Shown here one piece after another: positions 17,939 through 28,283 of a DNA stretch of 64,000 nt. The notes beneath the pieces are model-generated. The model had not been told where the DNA came from. It saw only the letters and a program-made list of their open reading frames with translations, and did not search any database. The stretch lies in NCBI GenBank assembly GCA_963711565.1, contig CAVQEQ010000004.1, forward strand, positions 800,001 to 864,000, in the 5' to 3' direction. The stretch comes from an uncultured delta proteobacterium. GTDB taxonomy: Bacteria > Desulfobacterota > Binatia > Binatales > Binataceae. Every line of letters begins with the position of its first letter. Within the stretch, counting starts at the first letter, position 1. Made by a program: the position numbers and the translations under genes.

Positions 17939-18607
17939 TCAATCGACGGGAGGATTTACGAGTGGCGCGGAATTCGGCGTGGACGAATCGCCCTTGATGA
18001 TAACCTGGCGGCCCTGAATTTCGAGACGGCCCTGCTGGAAGAGCGCGATCGCGTGCGGGAAGATGCGATGCTCCTGCTGGAGGATCCGCGCCGCGAGGCG
18101 TTGTTCGTCGTCGCCGGACAGCACGGGCACAGCGGCTTGCACGATCACCGGGCCGGCATCGACGCCGGGCGTGACGAAGAAAACAGTGCATCCCGCTATT
18201 TTGACGCCGTATTCGATCGCGTCCTTCGGCCCGTGAATGCCGGGGAATGACGGCAGCAGGCTGTTGTGAATATTCATGATGCGGCCGGGAAACGCGTCGA
18301 TCATCACGGGGGAAAGCAGGCGCATGAAGCCCGCCAGCGCGACCAGCTCGACTGAGCGGTCGCGCAGCGCGGCAAGGACGGCGCGGTCGAAGTCCTCGCG
18401 TGACGGAAATTTGCGATGGTCGATGACGGCCGTCTCGATTCCGTGGCGGCGCGCGCGCTCGAGTCCCTGCGCGTCGGCGCGATTGGAGATGACGAGACGA
18501 ATTTCCGCCTTGAGATCGCCGCGCAGAATCGCGTCGATGATAGCCTGCAGGTTGGTGCCGGAGCCGGAAATCAGGACGCCGAGTTTGACCGTCGGATTTT
18601 CCGCCAT
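17939..18607 (-). CDS. purN: Phosphoribosylglycinamide formyltransferase
   Basis: ISGSGTNLQAI, LAGFMRLL, NIHNSLLPSFPG, VDAGP, EH. Confidence 0.95.
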   Translation of the reverse strand: MAENPTVKLGVLISGSGTNLQAIIDAILRGDLKAEIRLVISNRADAQGLERARRHGIETAVIDHRKFPSREDFDRAVLAALRDRSVELVALAGFMRLLSPVMIDAFPGRIMNIHNSLLPSFPGIHGPKDAIEYGVKIAGCTVFFVTPGVDAGPVIVQAAVPVLSGDDEQRLAARILQQEHRIFPHAIALFQQGRLEIQGRQVIIKGDSSTPNSAPLVNPPVD

Positions 18608-18630
18608 CGAATTAGCCGTTGCTCAATCGC

Positions 18631-19665
18631 TCAGCGAATCGACACTCCGCGCTTGCCGCGCGTGACTTCGCCGACAACATAGGCCGCAAATTCGCGGCGG
18701 CGCAAATGAGCTACGACGCGGTCGGCCTCGCGCGCGGGCGCAATCGCGACCATCCCGAGGCCATTGTTGAAGGCGCGATCCATCTCGGCGCGATCGATTT
18801 TGCCGAGACGCTGGAGCAGGTCGAAGATCGGCGGCGTCGGCCAACTTCCGCGTTCGACGATTGCGCGGGTGTTGTTAGGCATTACGCGCGGGAGGTTTTC
18901 GAGCACGCCGCCGCCGGTGATGTTCGCGAGGCCGTTTATCTTGAAGCGCTCGAATAATTCGACGACGACCTTCGCGTAGATGAGCGTGGGACGCAGAAGT
19001 TCTTCGCCGAGCGTACATCCGAGGTCGTCTATATGCGCGCCCAGCTTGAGTTTCGCGCGTTGAACGACGCGGCGCACCAGTGAAAAACCGTTGGAATGAA
19101 GTCCGCTCGATGCAAGTCCGATCAGCACGTCGCCGGCGCGCACGTTCGACGGCTCGGGAATTCGTGCGCGCTCGACGATGCCGACGGCGAAGCCGGCGAG
19201 GTCGTACTCGCCGGGCTTGTACAAGCCGCTGAGCTGCGCGGTCTCGCCGCCGACCAGGCTCATGCCCGCTTGATCGCATCCGCGGGCGACGCCCTTGACG
19301 AGAGCGAGAGCGATTTTCTTTTCCAATTTGCCCGAGCCGATGTAATCGAGAAAGAACATTGGGCGCGCCGCATGGCAGATGATGTCGTTCACGCACATCG
19401 CGACGCAGTCGATGCCGACGGTGTCGTGACGCCCGGTCTGAAAGGCGATCATCAGCTTGGTGCCGACGCTGTCGGTGCCGGCGACCAGCACCGGCGCGCG
19501 CATCTTGCGGGCGCCGTTGAGTCCAACCAGCGCGCCGAAGCCACCGACGCCGCCGATCACGTGCGCGCCGGAGGTGGTCTTTGCAATTGAGCCGAAGAGC
19601 GGAATCAGACTCTGCTTCAGCGCGATATCGACACCGGCGTCTTTGTATGTCATCCCGGACGCCAT
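18631..19665 (-). CDS. purM: Phosphoribosylformylglycinamidine cyclo-ligase
   Basis: TYKDAGVD, GTDSVGTK, GIDCVAMCVND, GGETA, SSGLHSNGFSL. Confidence 0.95.
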   Translation of the reverse strand: MASGMTYKDAGVDIALKQSLIPLFGSIAKTTSGAHVIGGVGGFGALVGLNGARKMRAPVLVAGTDSVGTKLMIAFQTGRHDTVGIDCVAMCVNDIICHAARPMFFLDYIGSGKLEKKIALALVKGVARGCDQAGMSLVGGETAQLSGLYKPGEYDLAGFAVGIVERARIPEPSNVRAGDVLIGLASSGLHSNGFSLVRRVVQRAKLKLGAHIDDLGCTLGEELLRPTLIYAKVVVELFERFKINGLANITGGGVLENLPRVMPNNTRAIVERGSWPTPPIFDLLQRLGKIDRAEMDRAFNNGLGMVAIAPAREADRVVAHLRRREFAAYVVGEVTRGKRGVSIR

Positions 19666-20240
19666 CAGTTTGATTTCCTCCGCCGCGCCAGCATCGACGC
19701 GCGGAAGGCGCGCTCGCCGTTTGGAAAACTGACGGGGCCCTCCCCATATTCTTCGATCTCTAAGCCGCCGGCGAGCGCGCGAAGCTCACCATGACCGAGG
19801 AGAAAGCGCGGGTCGCGCGGATGGCCGAGCGCGGCCTGGTCAATCAGGAAGGTGTCGGCGAGCAGAACGCCGCCGGGCCGGAGAGCGCGCTCGAATTTCG
19901 GGAAGAGCGCGCGGTCGAGGAAATTGATATTCACGATAGCGTCGAACGATTCGTCCTTGAGATGAAAGCTATCCAAGTTTGCGACCACGGGCCAGATGGC
20001 CAGTGTCGCGGTTTGCGCGGTCGCGGCGAGAAAGCGCATCGCCTCGGCGGAGTAATCGACCGCGATGACCCGCCCGCCCGCTCGCGCGAGCGCGAGTGCG
20101 TGGCGTCCGCGACCGGCGGCGAGGTCGAGGACGACGCCGCGTGGAATTCGCTCGAGCATCGCAGTAAGGAACGGCTCGGCATCACCTGCATGTTTGCCGC
20201 GATGGCGCTCGTCCCATTCTGCGCGTTGCGGTTCGCTCAT
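19665..20240 (-). CDS. Class I SAM-dependent methyltransferase (TehB-like)
   Basis: VLDLAAGRGRHA, LRPGG. ATG 20240 overlaps the comF stop. Confidence 0.85.
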   Translation of the reverse strand: MSEPQRAEWDERHRGKHAGDAEPFLTAMLERIPRGVVLDLAAGRGRHALALARAGGRVIAVDYSAEAMRFLAATAQTATLAIWPVVANLDSFHLKDESFDAIVNINFLDRALFPKFERALRPGGVLLADTFLIDQAALGHPRDPRFLLGHGELRALAGGLEIEEYGEGPVSFPNGERAFRASMLARRRKSN

Positions 20241-20983
20241 AGGACGCGGGCTAGGGTGAAGACGTTGACGCTGGTCGCGCCGGCGGCGAGGAGGACGCGG
20301 GCGCATTCGTTGACGGTGGCGCCTGTGGTCATTACGTCGTCGATGAGGAGGATGCGGCGGTTCTTCACGCGGTTGGGGTTTGGGACGGAGAAGGCGCGGC
20401 GGACGTTTTTGATGCGCTCGTCGTGATGTTGCGCGGTTTGCGGCGGGGTGAAGCGGCGGCGGGACATCGCGGTGGTGTCGAGCGGGAGATTGAGGCGGCG
20501 CGCGACTTCCTCGGCCAGCAGGGCGGCCTGGTTGAATCCGCGCCACCACAAGCGGCGCCAATGCAGGGGGACGGGTATTACAATGTCGTAATCGTTTGCC
20601 GACAGTGGAAGGTTGTCGCCCAGGTATTCGATCAGCGCGCGGCCGACTGATTGATCGAGGCCGTATTTGTGGCGGCGAATCAGCGCGGGGAGGCTGCCGG
20701 GTTCGTCTTCAGCCGTGGTTCGATAGCGTGCGATCGTCCGCGCGATTCGGTAACGCGGCGGATGCGCGAGGCATCGCGCACATTGCCTCGCGTCACTGGT
20801 GGCCGACTCGAGCGGGCCGCCGCAGACTTCGCAGCGCGGATTCGGTACCAGCTCGACGCGCGCGACGCATCGCGCACAAACGCGCCGCCCGGGTTCAGAG
20901 GCGAGCGGCGTTCCGCACGCGGCGCATCGCGGGGGATACAGGAAGTCGAAGACGGTCGAGAACCTTTGGGCGAGCGCGGGCAT
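20237..20983 (-). CDS. comF: ComF-family protein (double zinc ribbon plus phosphoribosyltransferase domain)
   Basis: Four CxxC pairs, PVPLH..RGFNQA, LIDDVMTTGAT. Confidence 0.9.
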   Translation of the reverse strand: MPALAQRFSTVFDFLYPPRCAACGTPLASEPGRRVCARCVARVELVPNPRCEVCGGPLESATSDARQCARCLAHPPRYRIARTIARYRTTAEDEPGSLPALIRRHKYGLDQSVGRALIEYLGDNLPLSANDYDIVIPVPLHWRRLWWRGFNQAALLAEEVARRLNLPLDTTAMSRRRFTPPQTAQHHDERIKNVRRAFSVPNPNRVKNRRILLIDDVMTTGATVNECARVLLAAGATSVNVFTLARVL

Positions 20984-21042
20984 ATATGATTGATGCGTCC
21001 GACAGCGCCCAAACTCAAGGGGGTTGTGGTATAGAGAAGAGC

Positions 21043-22257
21043 ATGAGCGGGCCGCTTGACGGGATCAGAATTATGGACTGGACGATCTGGCAGCAGGGGC
21101 CGGTCGCGACGCAGATGCTCGCCGACCTGGGTGCCGAGGTGATCAAGATCGAGGAGCGCGAGCGGGGCGACCCTGGGCGCGGAATCACGGCGGTCGCGGG
21201 TAGCGGGACGGTCAAGAGCGGACGCAACTATTATTTCGAAGCGAACAACAAGCACAAGAAAAGTATCGCGCTGAATTTGAAGCAGCCGGCGGCGCGCGAG
21301 ATCGTGCATCGACTGACCGCGCGCAGCAACGTCTTCGTGCAGAATTTTCGCAAGGGCGTCGCGAAGCGGCTGGGGCTCGGCTACGCGGACCTCGCCGTGC
21401 ACAACCCGCGGCTAATCTACGCGAGCGCGTCCGGCTACGGTCCCGAAGGCCCGGACAGCGGTGAGCCGTCGTTCGATTATCTCGGGCAGGCGCGATCCGG
21501 AATCATGAACGCGATTGGCAGCGGCACGACGACGCCGACGTATGTTTACGGCGGGATTGCCGATCAGATGGGCGCGGTCATGCTGGCCTACGGAGTGCTG
21601 GCGGCGTTGTTCGCGCGCGAGCGGACGGGGATCGGGCAGGAAGTGGACGCGTCGCATCTGGGATCGATGATGGCGCTACAGGGGCTTAACGTCGTCGCGC
21701 GAACGATCATGGGCAAGGAGTTTCCGCGCAACACGCGCGCCAACGCTTACAATCCGCTGTGGAACCATTATCGGTGCGCCGACGACAAATGGATTTCGCT
21801 GGCGATGCTGCAGCCCGATCGCTACTGGAGAGATTTCTGCGAAGTTCTCGGCAAGCCGGAACTAATCGCCGATCCGCGCTTTGCCGAGGTCAAAATCCGC
21901 GGCAAGAACTCGGCCGCGCTGATTGCGATATTCGACGATGTTTTCGCGACGCGTCCGCGCGACGAGTGGATGCGAGTGCTCAAGGGCCGCGGCGATTTCA
22001 TCTACACGATCGTGAATTCGGTGTCCGACCTGCCCGATGATCCGCAGGTCCGGGCCAACGATTACGTCGTCGATTACAATCATCCCGCGCTCGGCAACCT
22101 GACGCTGCTGGGGATGCCGGTGAAGTTGAGCGCGACGCCGGGCGAGCCGCGCGGCCATGCGCCGGAACTCGGCGAGCATACCGAGCTGCTGCTGACCGAG
22201 ATGCTCGGCTACTCGTGGGACGATGTCGCGCGGCTGCGCGAGGCCAATGTGATTTGA
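21043..22257 (+). CDS. CaiB/BaiF family III CoA-transferase
   Basis: GPLDGIRI, LADLGAEVIKIE, NFRKG, GYGPEGP, IAD, APELGEHT. Confidence 0.9.
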   Translation: MSGPLDGIRIMDWTIWQQGPVATQMLADLGAEVIKIEERERGDPGRGITAVAGSGTVKSGRNYYFEANNKHKKSIALNLKQPAAREIVHRLTARSNVFVQNFRKGVAKRLGLGYADLAVHNPRLIYASASGYGPEGPDSGEPSFDYLGQARSGIMNAIGSGTTTPTYVYGGIADQMGAVMLAYGVLAALFARERTGIGQEVDASHLGSMMALQGLNVVARTIMGKEFPRNTRANAYNPLWNHYRCADDKWISLAMLQPDRYWRDFCEVLGKPELIADPRFAEVKIRGKNSAALIAIFDDVFATRPRDEWMRVLKGRGDFIYTIVNSVSDLPDDPQVRANDYVVDYNHPALGNLTLLGMPVKLSATPGEPRGHAPELGEHTELLLTEMLGYSWDDVARLREANVI

Positions 22258-22276
22258 ATCATGGGGAGATGATGCG

Positions 22277-22687
22277 ATGGCGATAACAGGGACACTCGAG
22301 GATCGCGAAGAAGTACGCGTGCTGCACGCGCGCTACTGCCTGACGATCGACAGCGGCCGCTACGACGAATGGATCGATTGCTTCACCGAGGACGGCGTCT
22401 TCGAGAGTCCGCGCTTCGGCAAATGCGGTGGGCGCGACGGGCTCAAGCGATTTACGGCGCAATACAAGGAGTCGCTCGGCGGCGCCCAGGTGCTGCACGT
22501 AGTCGCCAATCCGGCGTTCGATCTCGACGGCGACAGCGGCAGCGGCACCTCCTACTTCCTCTATTATCACTGCAAGGAAGGCAGGGTGCAGCAATCGACG
22601 GTGGGCTACTACACCGACAAGCTGCGCAAAACGTCAGCCGGGTGGCGCTTTGCGAGCCGCCAGGTGACGATCCTGGGGCATCACTGA
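22277..22687 (+). CDS. SnoaL-like / NTF2 family protein
   Basis: DREEV..L.ARYC..ID, FTEDG, GYYTDKL..GWRF. Confidence 0.85.
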   Translation: MAITGTLEDREEVRVLHARYCLTIDSGRYDEWIDCFTEDGVFESPRFGKCGGRDGLKRFTAQYKESLGGAQVLHVVANPAFDLDGDSGSGTSYFLYYHCKEGRVQQSTVGYYTDKLRKTSAGWRFASRQVTILGHH

Positions 22688-22754
22688 GAGTCGCGCACTG
22701 GACCGGGGCTACCACTCTGTTAGGCTTTTACTCATGACAGGCCGAGGACAAATT

Positions 22755-23261
22755 ATGGATCAATCGACAGGTGAGCTGATCGAGCGGCTATCGCGGCTGG
22801 AAATGCAGCAGGCCAAACTCCAGCGCAGCAACAAGCATCTGCGGATGATGACCGGCGCGATAGTGCTGGTGTGCGGCGCGCTGATCACGATGGCACAGAC
22901 GAGTTCCGTCGTGCCCGATACCGTGGAAGCGCAGCAATTCCTGCTGCGCGATAGCAGCGGCAAGTTGCGTGGCGCGATGGGCGTGTTGTCCGACGGCGCG
23001 GTTGGGCTGAATTTTTCCGACACCAACGGCCGTACCCGGCTGACCGTCGATCTTGCTGCGAACGGCACGCCCGGCGTGGACCTCTACGATCAGGACGGCA
23101 AGGTACGCGCGACGATGGCGCTCGGGGATGCGGGCGAACCCGGACTCGGTCTGTTCGGTCCCAACGGCAATCTGCGAACCAGCCTTGATGTTCCGGCGGC
23201 CAAGACACCCGGCCTGGCGTTCTACAAGGACGACGGCAAGCCGGGGTGGGGAGTTCCCTGA
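22755..23261 (+). CDS. Hypothetical protein (coiled coil, TM helix, ~22-aa beta-type repeats)
   Basis: Repeats LRDSSGKLR / FSDTNGRTR / LYDQDGKVR / LFGPNGNLR. GAGGA RBS. Confidence 0.7.
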   Translation: MDQSTGELIERLSRLEMQQAKLQRSNKHLRMMTGAIVLVCGALITMAQTSSVVPDTVEAQQFLLRDSSGKLRGAMGVLSDGAVGLNFSDTNGRTRLTVDLAANGTPGVDLYDQDGKVRATMALGDAGEPGLGLFGPNGNLRTSLDVPAAKTPGLAFYKDDGKPGWGVP

Positions 23262-23262
23262 C

Positions 23263-23646
23263 ATGCGCTCCAAGGGAAGATTATTCAGTCCGGGTCGTAC
23301 GATAGGAGCAGCCTTGATACTGGGAGTGATCGCATTCGGCGCCAGCGGCTGCTATGACTCCGGCGGCTACTATGGCGGCGGCTACCCTTCGTATGGCTAT
23401 GCACCGTACTCATATGGCTGGGGTGGGGGCTGGGGAAATGGCTGGGGCTATAATCCCGGCTTCGACGTTCACCATTCGTGGGAAGGACATTACGGCGACG
23501 CCGGGCATCATACTGCCTTCTACCATAGTGGCGGCGGCGTTGCGGTTGGGCATGAGGGCGGTGGCGGCGGTTATCACGCTGCTGGTGGAGGCGGCGGTGG
23601 GCACGCCGGCGGCGGTGGCGGAGGCCACGGCGGCGGCCACAAGTGA
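23263..23646 (+). CDS. Gly/Tyr/His-rich putative lipoprotein
   Basis: Signal ending in ASGC, followed by a low-complexity G/Y/W/H tail. Confidence 0.65.
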   Translation: MRSKGRLFSPGRTIGAALILGVIAFGASGCYDSGGYYGGGYPSYGYAPYSYGWGGGWGNGWGYNPGFDVHHSWEGHYGDAGHHTAFYHSGGGVAVGHEGGGGGYHAAGGGGGGHAGGGGGGHGGGHK

Positions 23647-23673
23647 TGTTCTCTTAATCGCCCGCAAAGACAA

Positions 23674-23711
23674 GCGGCGCCGGATCGCGATACGATCCGG
23701 CGCCGCATTTT
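23674..23711. terminator. Hairpin terminator between convergent genes
   Basis: GCGGCGCCGGATCG-CGATA-CGATCCGGCGCCGC followed by ATTTT. Confidence 0.7.
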
Positions 23712-23730
23712 CGTCTAGCTGATTACTGCG

Positions 23731-25665
23731 TCAGAAGGCCGCGTACCATGGCACTTCGTGCGGATTCTGCACTTCCCAATTGATATTGAATTCCTGCAGC
23801 AACGTGCCATCTGAGTGAGACAGCGCGAGCTTGGCGTTCTCGAGGTCAACCTCCGCCTGCACCTGGTTGCCTTCGGCGCTCACTTCCTCTTCCTGGAATT
23901 GCAGCAGGTCGTGCGTCGTCGCCAGGCCGACGCGGAACCTGATTTGCTCGTCATGCAGCGACTGGCGAGCGTAGTAAGTCGCCGACGCGGTCGCGTATGC
24001 GCGCTTGTAGTCGGCGTACAGATTGGCGATGGAGCTCTCGACGTTGACGACGGCCTGCGACAGCGCGGCTCGATACAGCACGCGCTGCTGTTCGTATTGC
24101 ACGCGCGCCTGCGCCAGAGCCGAGCGCGCCACGGCGTTGTCCAGCGGCATCTGGAACGTCAGCACAGCGGCGTAGTTGTAGTAACTGAACCCCCACAGGC
24201 GATCGAGTGCGTCGCCGTAGATTCCGCCGAACGGGAGTTTGTTGCCGGTCAGCGGCGTTGTTGCCGTCGAAGGCGTACAGTTTCCGGTCGGCAACCCGCT
24301 CAAGGTTGGCAGGCAAGGCGCGGTTCCAGAAGTGGAAGTGAGGCCGAATTGCGCGCCGAGGTTGAGCTGCGGCAGAACCTGGTTCTCCGAATACTTCACC
24401 TGCAGTAACGCGTTGCGAATCGCCTCGCGCATACTGCCCAGCGACGGCACATACTGCACCGCGAGTTCGAGCGCGCGTTCTTCATCGACGGTGACTTGCT
24501 CCTGGGGATTGGGGCGAGTGAGCGGCTGGATTTCCTCGGGGATGAACGTGCCGTAGGGATTGAGCATCACGTCCTGACGGAGCTGGCTGCGGGAATTTTT
24601 CAGATTGGCCTCGGCGGTGTACACGTTGGCTTCAGAAGTGGCGGCGGCCGATTGCGCTTCCTGCAAATCGATGGGCGCGAGAGTGCCGACCTTGACGCTG
24701 ATCGCGTTCTGGCGCACCAGGTCGAGATTGAAGCGCAGGGCCGCGCGCGCGACTTCGAGATTTTCTTCGGACAGCACGACGTTCCAGTAATCGCCGCCAA
24801 TTTTCTGCACGAAGTCCTGCAGCGCCTGGCCGTAGGTCCATTGCGCCTGCTTCTGACCCGACTCCGCGATCCTGACGTTGATAGTCGCGAATTGCCACCC
24901 GAAGTTCTGCAGCAACGGCTGTGAGAGCGAGAGCGCGAGGGTAGGCGCGTAGGACGGATTGACGCCGGCGAAGAGAGAATTCGACAGCGAGCGATCGTTG
25001 TTGAAAGTCACGCCCCAGGTTCCGTTGGTGATCGCGGAAACTTTGTTGATACCGAAATTCCAATCGTAAAATTTCTGCACGTACGCGGTGCCGCCGCCGG
25101 TCTCGAGCGAGGAGGTGACGGGCACCACAGTCTTCTCGATATCACCCTGCGCGGTAAGATTCGGATCGAAGGTGCCGTTGGCCTGCCTGACAGTCTCCAT
25201 CGAGGCTACCGGGTCGAGTTGCGAGGCCTTCAGCGACGGGTTGTTCTGGATCGCGATATAGATGGCCTCCTTGAGGGTGAGGCCGCGCGCGGTGGAATCT
25301 TCGGAGCGCAGGTAGCGCTCGCTGATCACGTTGTCGGGCGCGACCTGGGTGCTCGGCGACCATTGATGCGCGAAGATGCGCGGCAGGTTCAAGAAGTCAT
25401 CGTGATGCTCGAACTGGTTCGAGTCGCTCGGCGGCACGCTGGCGTGCGGCGGCGTCTGCGGCCCCACCGGCGTGGATTGCATCTGGATCGGTCCGGTCAG
25501 ATCGGGCGGCGGCAGCGGCGTGGTCGGCAGCGTGCCGGTGACCTTCAACGGATTCGACGGATTCGGACTCGTAGTAGTCAAATCCTGGGCTAATCCGGAA
25601 CGAGTTCCGATCAGCAGCATGGAGACGGTCAGTATTGCTAACAAAACGGATTTACTTCTCGACAT
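23731..25665 (-). CDS. TolC-family outer membrane efflux protein
   Basis: Signal peptide, LTLKEAI..AIQNNP, LSQPLL, two helical/beta repeats, RVGLATTHDLL. Confidence 0.85.
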   Translation of the reverse strand: MSRSKSVLLAILTVSMLLIGTRSGLAQDLTTTSPNPSNPLKVTGTLPTTPLPPPDLTGPIQMQSTPVGPQTPPHASVPPSDSNQFEHHDDFLNLPRIFAHQWSPSTQVAPDNVISERYLRSEDSTARGLTLKEAIYIAIQNNPSLKASQLDPVASMETVRQANGTFDPNLTAQGDIEKTVVPVTSSLETGGGTAYVQKFYDWNFGINKVSAITNGTWGVTFNNDRSLSNSLFAGVNPSYAPTLALSLSQPLLQNFGWQFATINVRIAESGQKQAQWTYGQALQDFVQKIGGDYWNVVLSEENLEVARAALRFNLDLVRQNAISVKVGTLAPIDLQEAQSAAATSEANVYTAEANLKNSRSQLRQDVMLNPYGTFIPEEIQPLTRPNPQEQVTVDEERALELAVQYVPSLGSMREAIRNALLQVKYSENQVLPQLNLGAQFGLTSTSGTAPCLPTLSGLPTGNCTPSTATTPLTGNKLPFGGIYGDALDRLWGFSYYNYAAVLTFQMPLDNAVARSALAQARVQYEQQRVLYRAALSQAVVNVESSIANLYADYKRAYATASATYYARQSLHDEQIRFRVGLATTHDLLQFQEEEVSAEGNQVQAEVDLENAKLALSHSDGTLLQEFNINWEVQNPHEVPWYAAF

Positions 25666-25891
25666 TCGAACGAACCTCCTTGGTACCTGTCGCCATCACA
25701 CGCGATGGCCCGCCACTTCAGCACGCCGATAATCCGATTCGACTGAGCGGTTGGGATCGATTTGCCGCGTCGAATCAAGGCGAAGAGCTTGCGCGGCGCC
25801 AATCCGGTCGCGATTATAGCCAAGGCGGCCGGGCTTGTCTTGCAAAATCGAAAGCGGCCGGAGTTCTTCGCGAGTTACAGTTGGAGATGCC

Positions 25892-26452
25892 ATGCGCGCT
25901 GTCAGACGGATAATCGCAGTACTCATCGTGTCCCCGATCCTTATGCTTGCGCTAAGTGAGTCAAGACTCTCGCGCCAACCGTTCGCCCAAGTTACCGCAG
26001 CGCCGGGTCCGGTGACACTGACTGCACCGGTCGCTCCCGGTCAGCCGCAGGCCTTCTCGACGATCGGGGCGCTGCCTTCACTCGCGCCGGCGCCGGGGAC
26101 AGTGCCGCTCGGGGTTGCGTCCGCCGCGCCGTCGCCGCGCGCATTTCGATGCAGCTGTGCGACGCCGGGAACCTGGACCGAGTGGGTGGGCATCGTCTCG
26201 TCATCGAGCTATTTTCTCGCCAGCCAGGCCGCGAAGACTCAGTGCGCCGACTACATCATCAACGCGAACGCGCCGTCGCCGTACATACCGCCTGAGGGAT
26301 CCACGGCGAACCAGCAAAGGCCGACGATTTATGATGGCGAGGCGTTTACGCAGCGCTCGCAGGTGGCGACCTCGGTGGGGCAGTCGTTCCTCGAGCAACG
26401 TTCGACCGAGGCGTTGCTGCAGACTCAATGCACCCAATGCGCGTGTAACTGA
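25892..26452 (+). CDS. Hypothetical secreted Cys-containing protein
   Basis: GGAGA RBS, hydrophobic N-terminus, CSC...C...CTQCAC. Confidence 0.6.
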   Translation: MRAVRRIIAVLIVSPILMLALSESRLSRQPFAQVTAAPGPVTLTAPVAPGQPQAFSTIGALPSLAPAPGTVPLGVASAAPSPRAFRCSCATPGTWTEWVGIVSSSSYFLASQAAKTQCADYIINANAPSPYIPPEGSTANQQRPTIYDGEAFTQRSQVATSVGQSFLEQRSTEALLQTQCTQCACN

Positions 26453-26458
26453 CGCGGG

Positions 26459-27355
26459 CTAATCGATCATCGTCTGCAAATCGGTGGGAATAGGCGCGGT
26501 CACTTTGACGTGACCGACCGCCGGCGAGTCGAACGCCACATCGCATAGATGCAGCCAGAAGCGTCCGTGCGGAAGCGACTCGCTCGCGGGGCCGCCGTAG
26601 AGAGTGTCGCCAACGATAGGATGGCCGAGGCTCGCCAGGTGCACGCGAATCTGATGGCGGCTGCCGGTCTTCGGCGCGATTGACAACAGCGTGAATTCAA
26701 CGACGCGGCGGATCGGCTCGACCACAGTGATCGCGGCGCGGCCTGCGCGTTTCGGATTCGTGCTCGACGGATCGCCGACGATCATCTTGCGCGCATTCTT
26801 GGCATGATGTGCGATCGGCGTATCGATCTCGGTCTTGCGTTCGACGAAGCCGGCGACGAGCGCTTCGTAGCGCCGCGCGATACGTCCGGCGCGAATCGCG
26901 TCGCGCAGTTTTTCAAACGTCCCGCGATTGCGCGCGATCAGCAGAGCGCCGGAAGTGCCGTTGTCCAGCCGATGCAGCAAGCCGCCTTCGAGCGGCTTCT
27001 CGCCAACGGTCGCAACATCGGGGAACCGCGCGACGACGGCGTTCATCACAGTGTCGCGCTCGTCGGCATTCAGCGGATGGCACGGCATGCCGCCAGGTTT
27101 GTTGACGACGATCACGCTCGCGTCTTCGTGGATAACCTCGAGCGCGAGGTCGGCATTCGGCTCGATTACGGCGCGTCGATTCGTCGCCGCAACTTCAACT
27201 CGATCCTCGGCGCCGACGACTTCACTTTTCTTCGAGCGCCGCCCGTTGATTCGCACCAACCCGCGTTCGACCAGTTCCTGCGCCACGCGCCGCGACGGCG
27301 CGAAACCGGTGCGCACGAGGTAGTGATCGAGGCGTTCCTTTGATTCGTCGGGCAA
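26459..27355 (-). CDS. RluA-family pseudouridine synthase with S4 domain
   Basis: RLDHYL, VNKPGG, HRLDNGTSG, TGSRHQIRVHL, GDTLYG. Confidence 0.9.
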   Translation of the reverse strand: MPDESKERLDHYLVRTGFAPSRRVAQELVERGLVRINGRRSKKSEVVGAEDRVEVAATNRRAVIEPNADLALEVIHEDASVIVVNKPGGMPCHPLNADERDTVMNAVVARFPDVATVGEKPLEGGLLHRLDNGTSGALLIARNRGTFEKLRDAIRAGRIARRYEALVAGFVERKTEIDTPIAHHAKNARKMIVGDPSSTNPKRAGRAAITVVEPIRRVVEFTLLSIAPKTGSRHQIRVHLASLGHPIVGDTLYGGPASESLPHGRFWLHLCDVAFDSPAVGHVKVTAPIPTDLQTMID

Positions 27356-27361
27356 GTGGCT

Positions 27362-28234
27362 CTAGTGCTCCCAGACCAGCTTGGGGTTTTGCTCCCAGGG
27401 TCGAACCTGGAGGGTCCAGCCGGATAGTTGCGGGTAAAACTTGCCGCCGGCTGCGTCGCACGCTTGCCTGGTGGCGATCGAACCGTTGAAGCCGAACTTC
27501 GTCCCGTCCACCGTCTTCTTGTCGGTACTGCGAGCCGGGAGGCACAGATTAACGTCTCGATGCCATCGCGCGACGCTCAGCGGGACGAGCTGGTCGAGCT
27601 GATCTTCGCCGGTGTCATTCTGATCGATGTAGGTCGCCCCGACCAGCTTGTAGCCGCCGTCAGAAGTCGGCTGGTAGAGCAACGAAGTCGGATCGCTGAT
27701 ACTGAACGCGCTCTTCGGATCGCTCGAGCGCTTCCAGAAGCCGACCTCGGGAACTTTGAATTCGGGATGAAACGGTTCGAAGCCGTCGGCCTCGGCGATG
27801 CGATAGTCCTGGTATTTGGCGAGCGCATGCTGAAGATCCGTCACGAGGGACGCCGCGCGCGCTTTGTCCGCGTCGTTCTCGGGCCGCAGGTCGGTGTACT
27901 CGATGTGCAGCGACATATTCTTCAGGTCGAGGCCGTGTAGTCGCGCAAAAAACAACTCGGCGTAAGTGATCCGCAAGAGTCCGACGGCGAAGGTGGCGGT
28001 TAGAAAGGCGAAGAACCATCTGCGGGATTTCCTGAACGCGTCCAGGTGCTCGGGAGCGATCTCATGCTGCCAGCGAGTATTGAACGGCAGGAACGACAGC
28101 AGGTTCACTCTGACCGAGTAGAGCCGCCGAATCTTGTTCGGAGGAGCAGTCTTCGTCAAGCCTACCAGAAAGACCAGAAACAAAACCGGCATGCTGAACG
28201 AATCGACTAGGTCGAGCAGTCTGACGAGGTTCAT
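27362..28234 (-). CDS. Hypothetical membrane-anchored protein
   Basis: Two N-terminal TM segments. KYQDY..A.ADGF, PTSLLY, GYKLVGA, PLSVARWH. Confidence 0.7.
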   Translation of the reverse strand: MNLVRLLDLVDSFSMPVLFLVFLVGLTKTAPPNKIRRLYSVRVNLLSFLPFNTRWQHEIAPEHLDAFRKSRRWFFAFLTATFAVGLLRITYAELFFARLHGLDLKNMSLHIEYTDLRPENDADKARAASLVTDLQHALAKYQDYRIAEADGFEPFHPEFKVPEVGFWKRSSDPKSAFSISDPTSLLYQPTSDGGYKLVGATYIDQNDTGEDQLDQLVPLSVARWHRDVNLCLPARSTDKKTVDGTKFGFNGSIATRQACDAAGGKFYPQLSGWTLQVRPWEQNPKLVWEH

Positions 28235-28283
28235 CGGAGTGCCACGACCGCAACGCGTATCGGCTGCACTACGACTATTCTCT

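Noticed and set aside
20596-21042. N-terminal extension of the CoA-transferase, and likewise of the methyltransferase (20241-20561) and pgeF (31384-31725)
   Set aside because: They overlap genuine neighbouring genes, and family homology starts at the downstream start codons.
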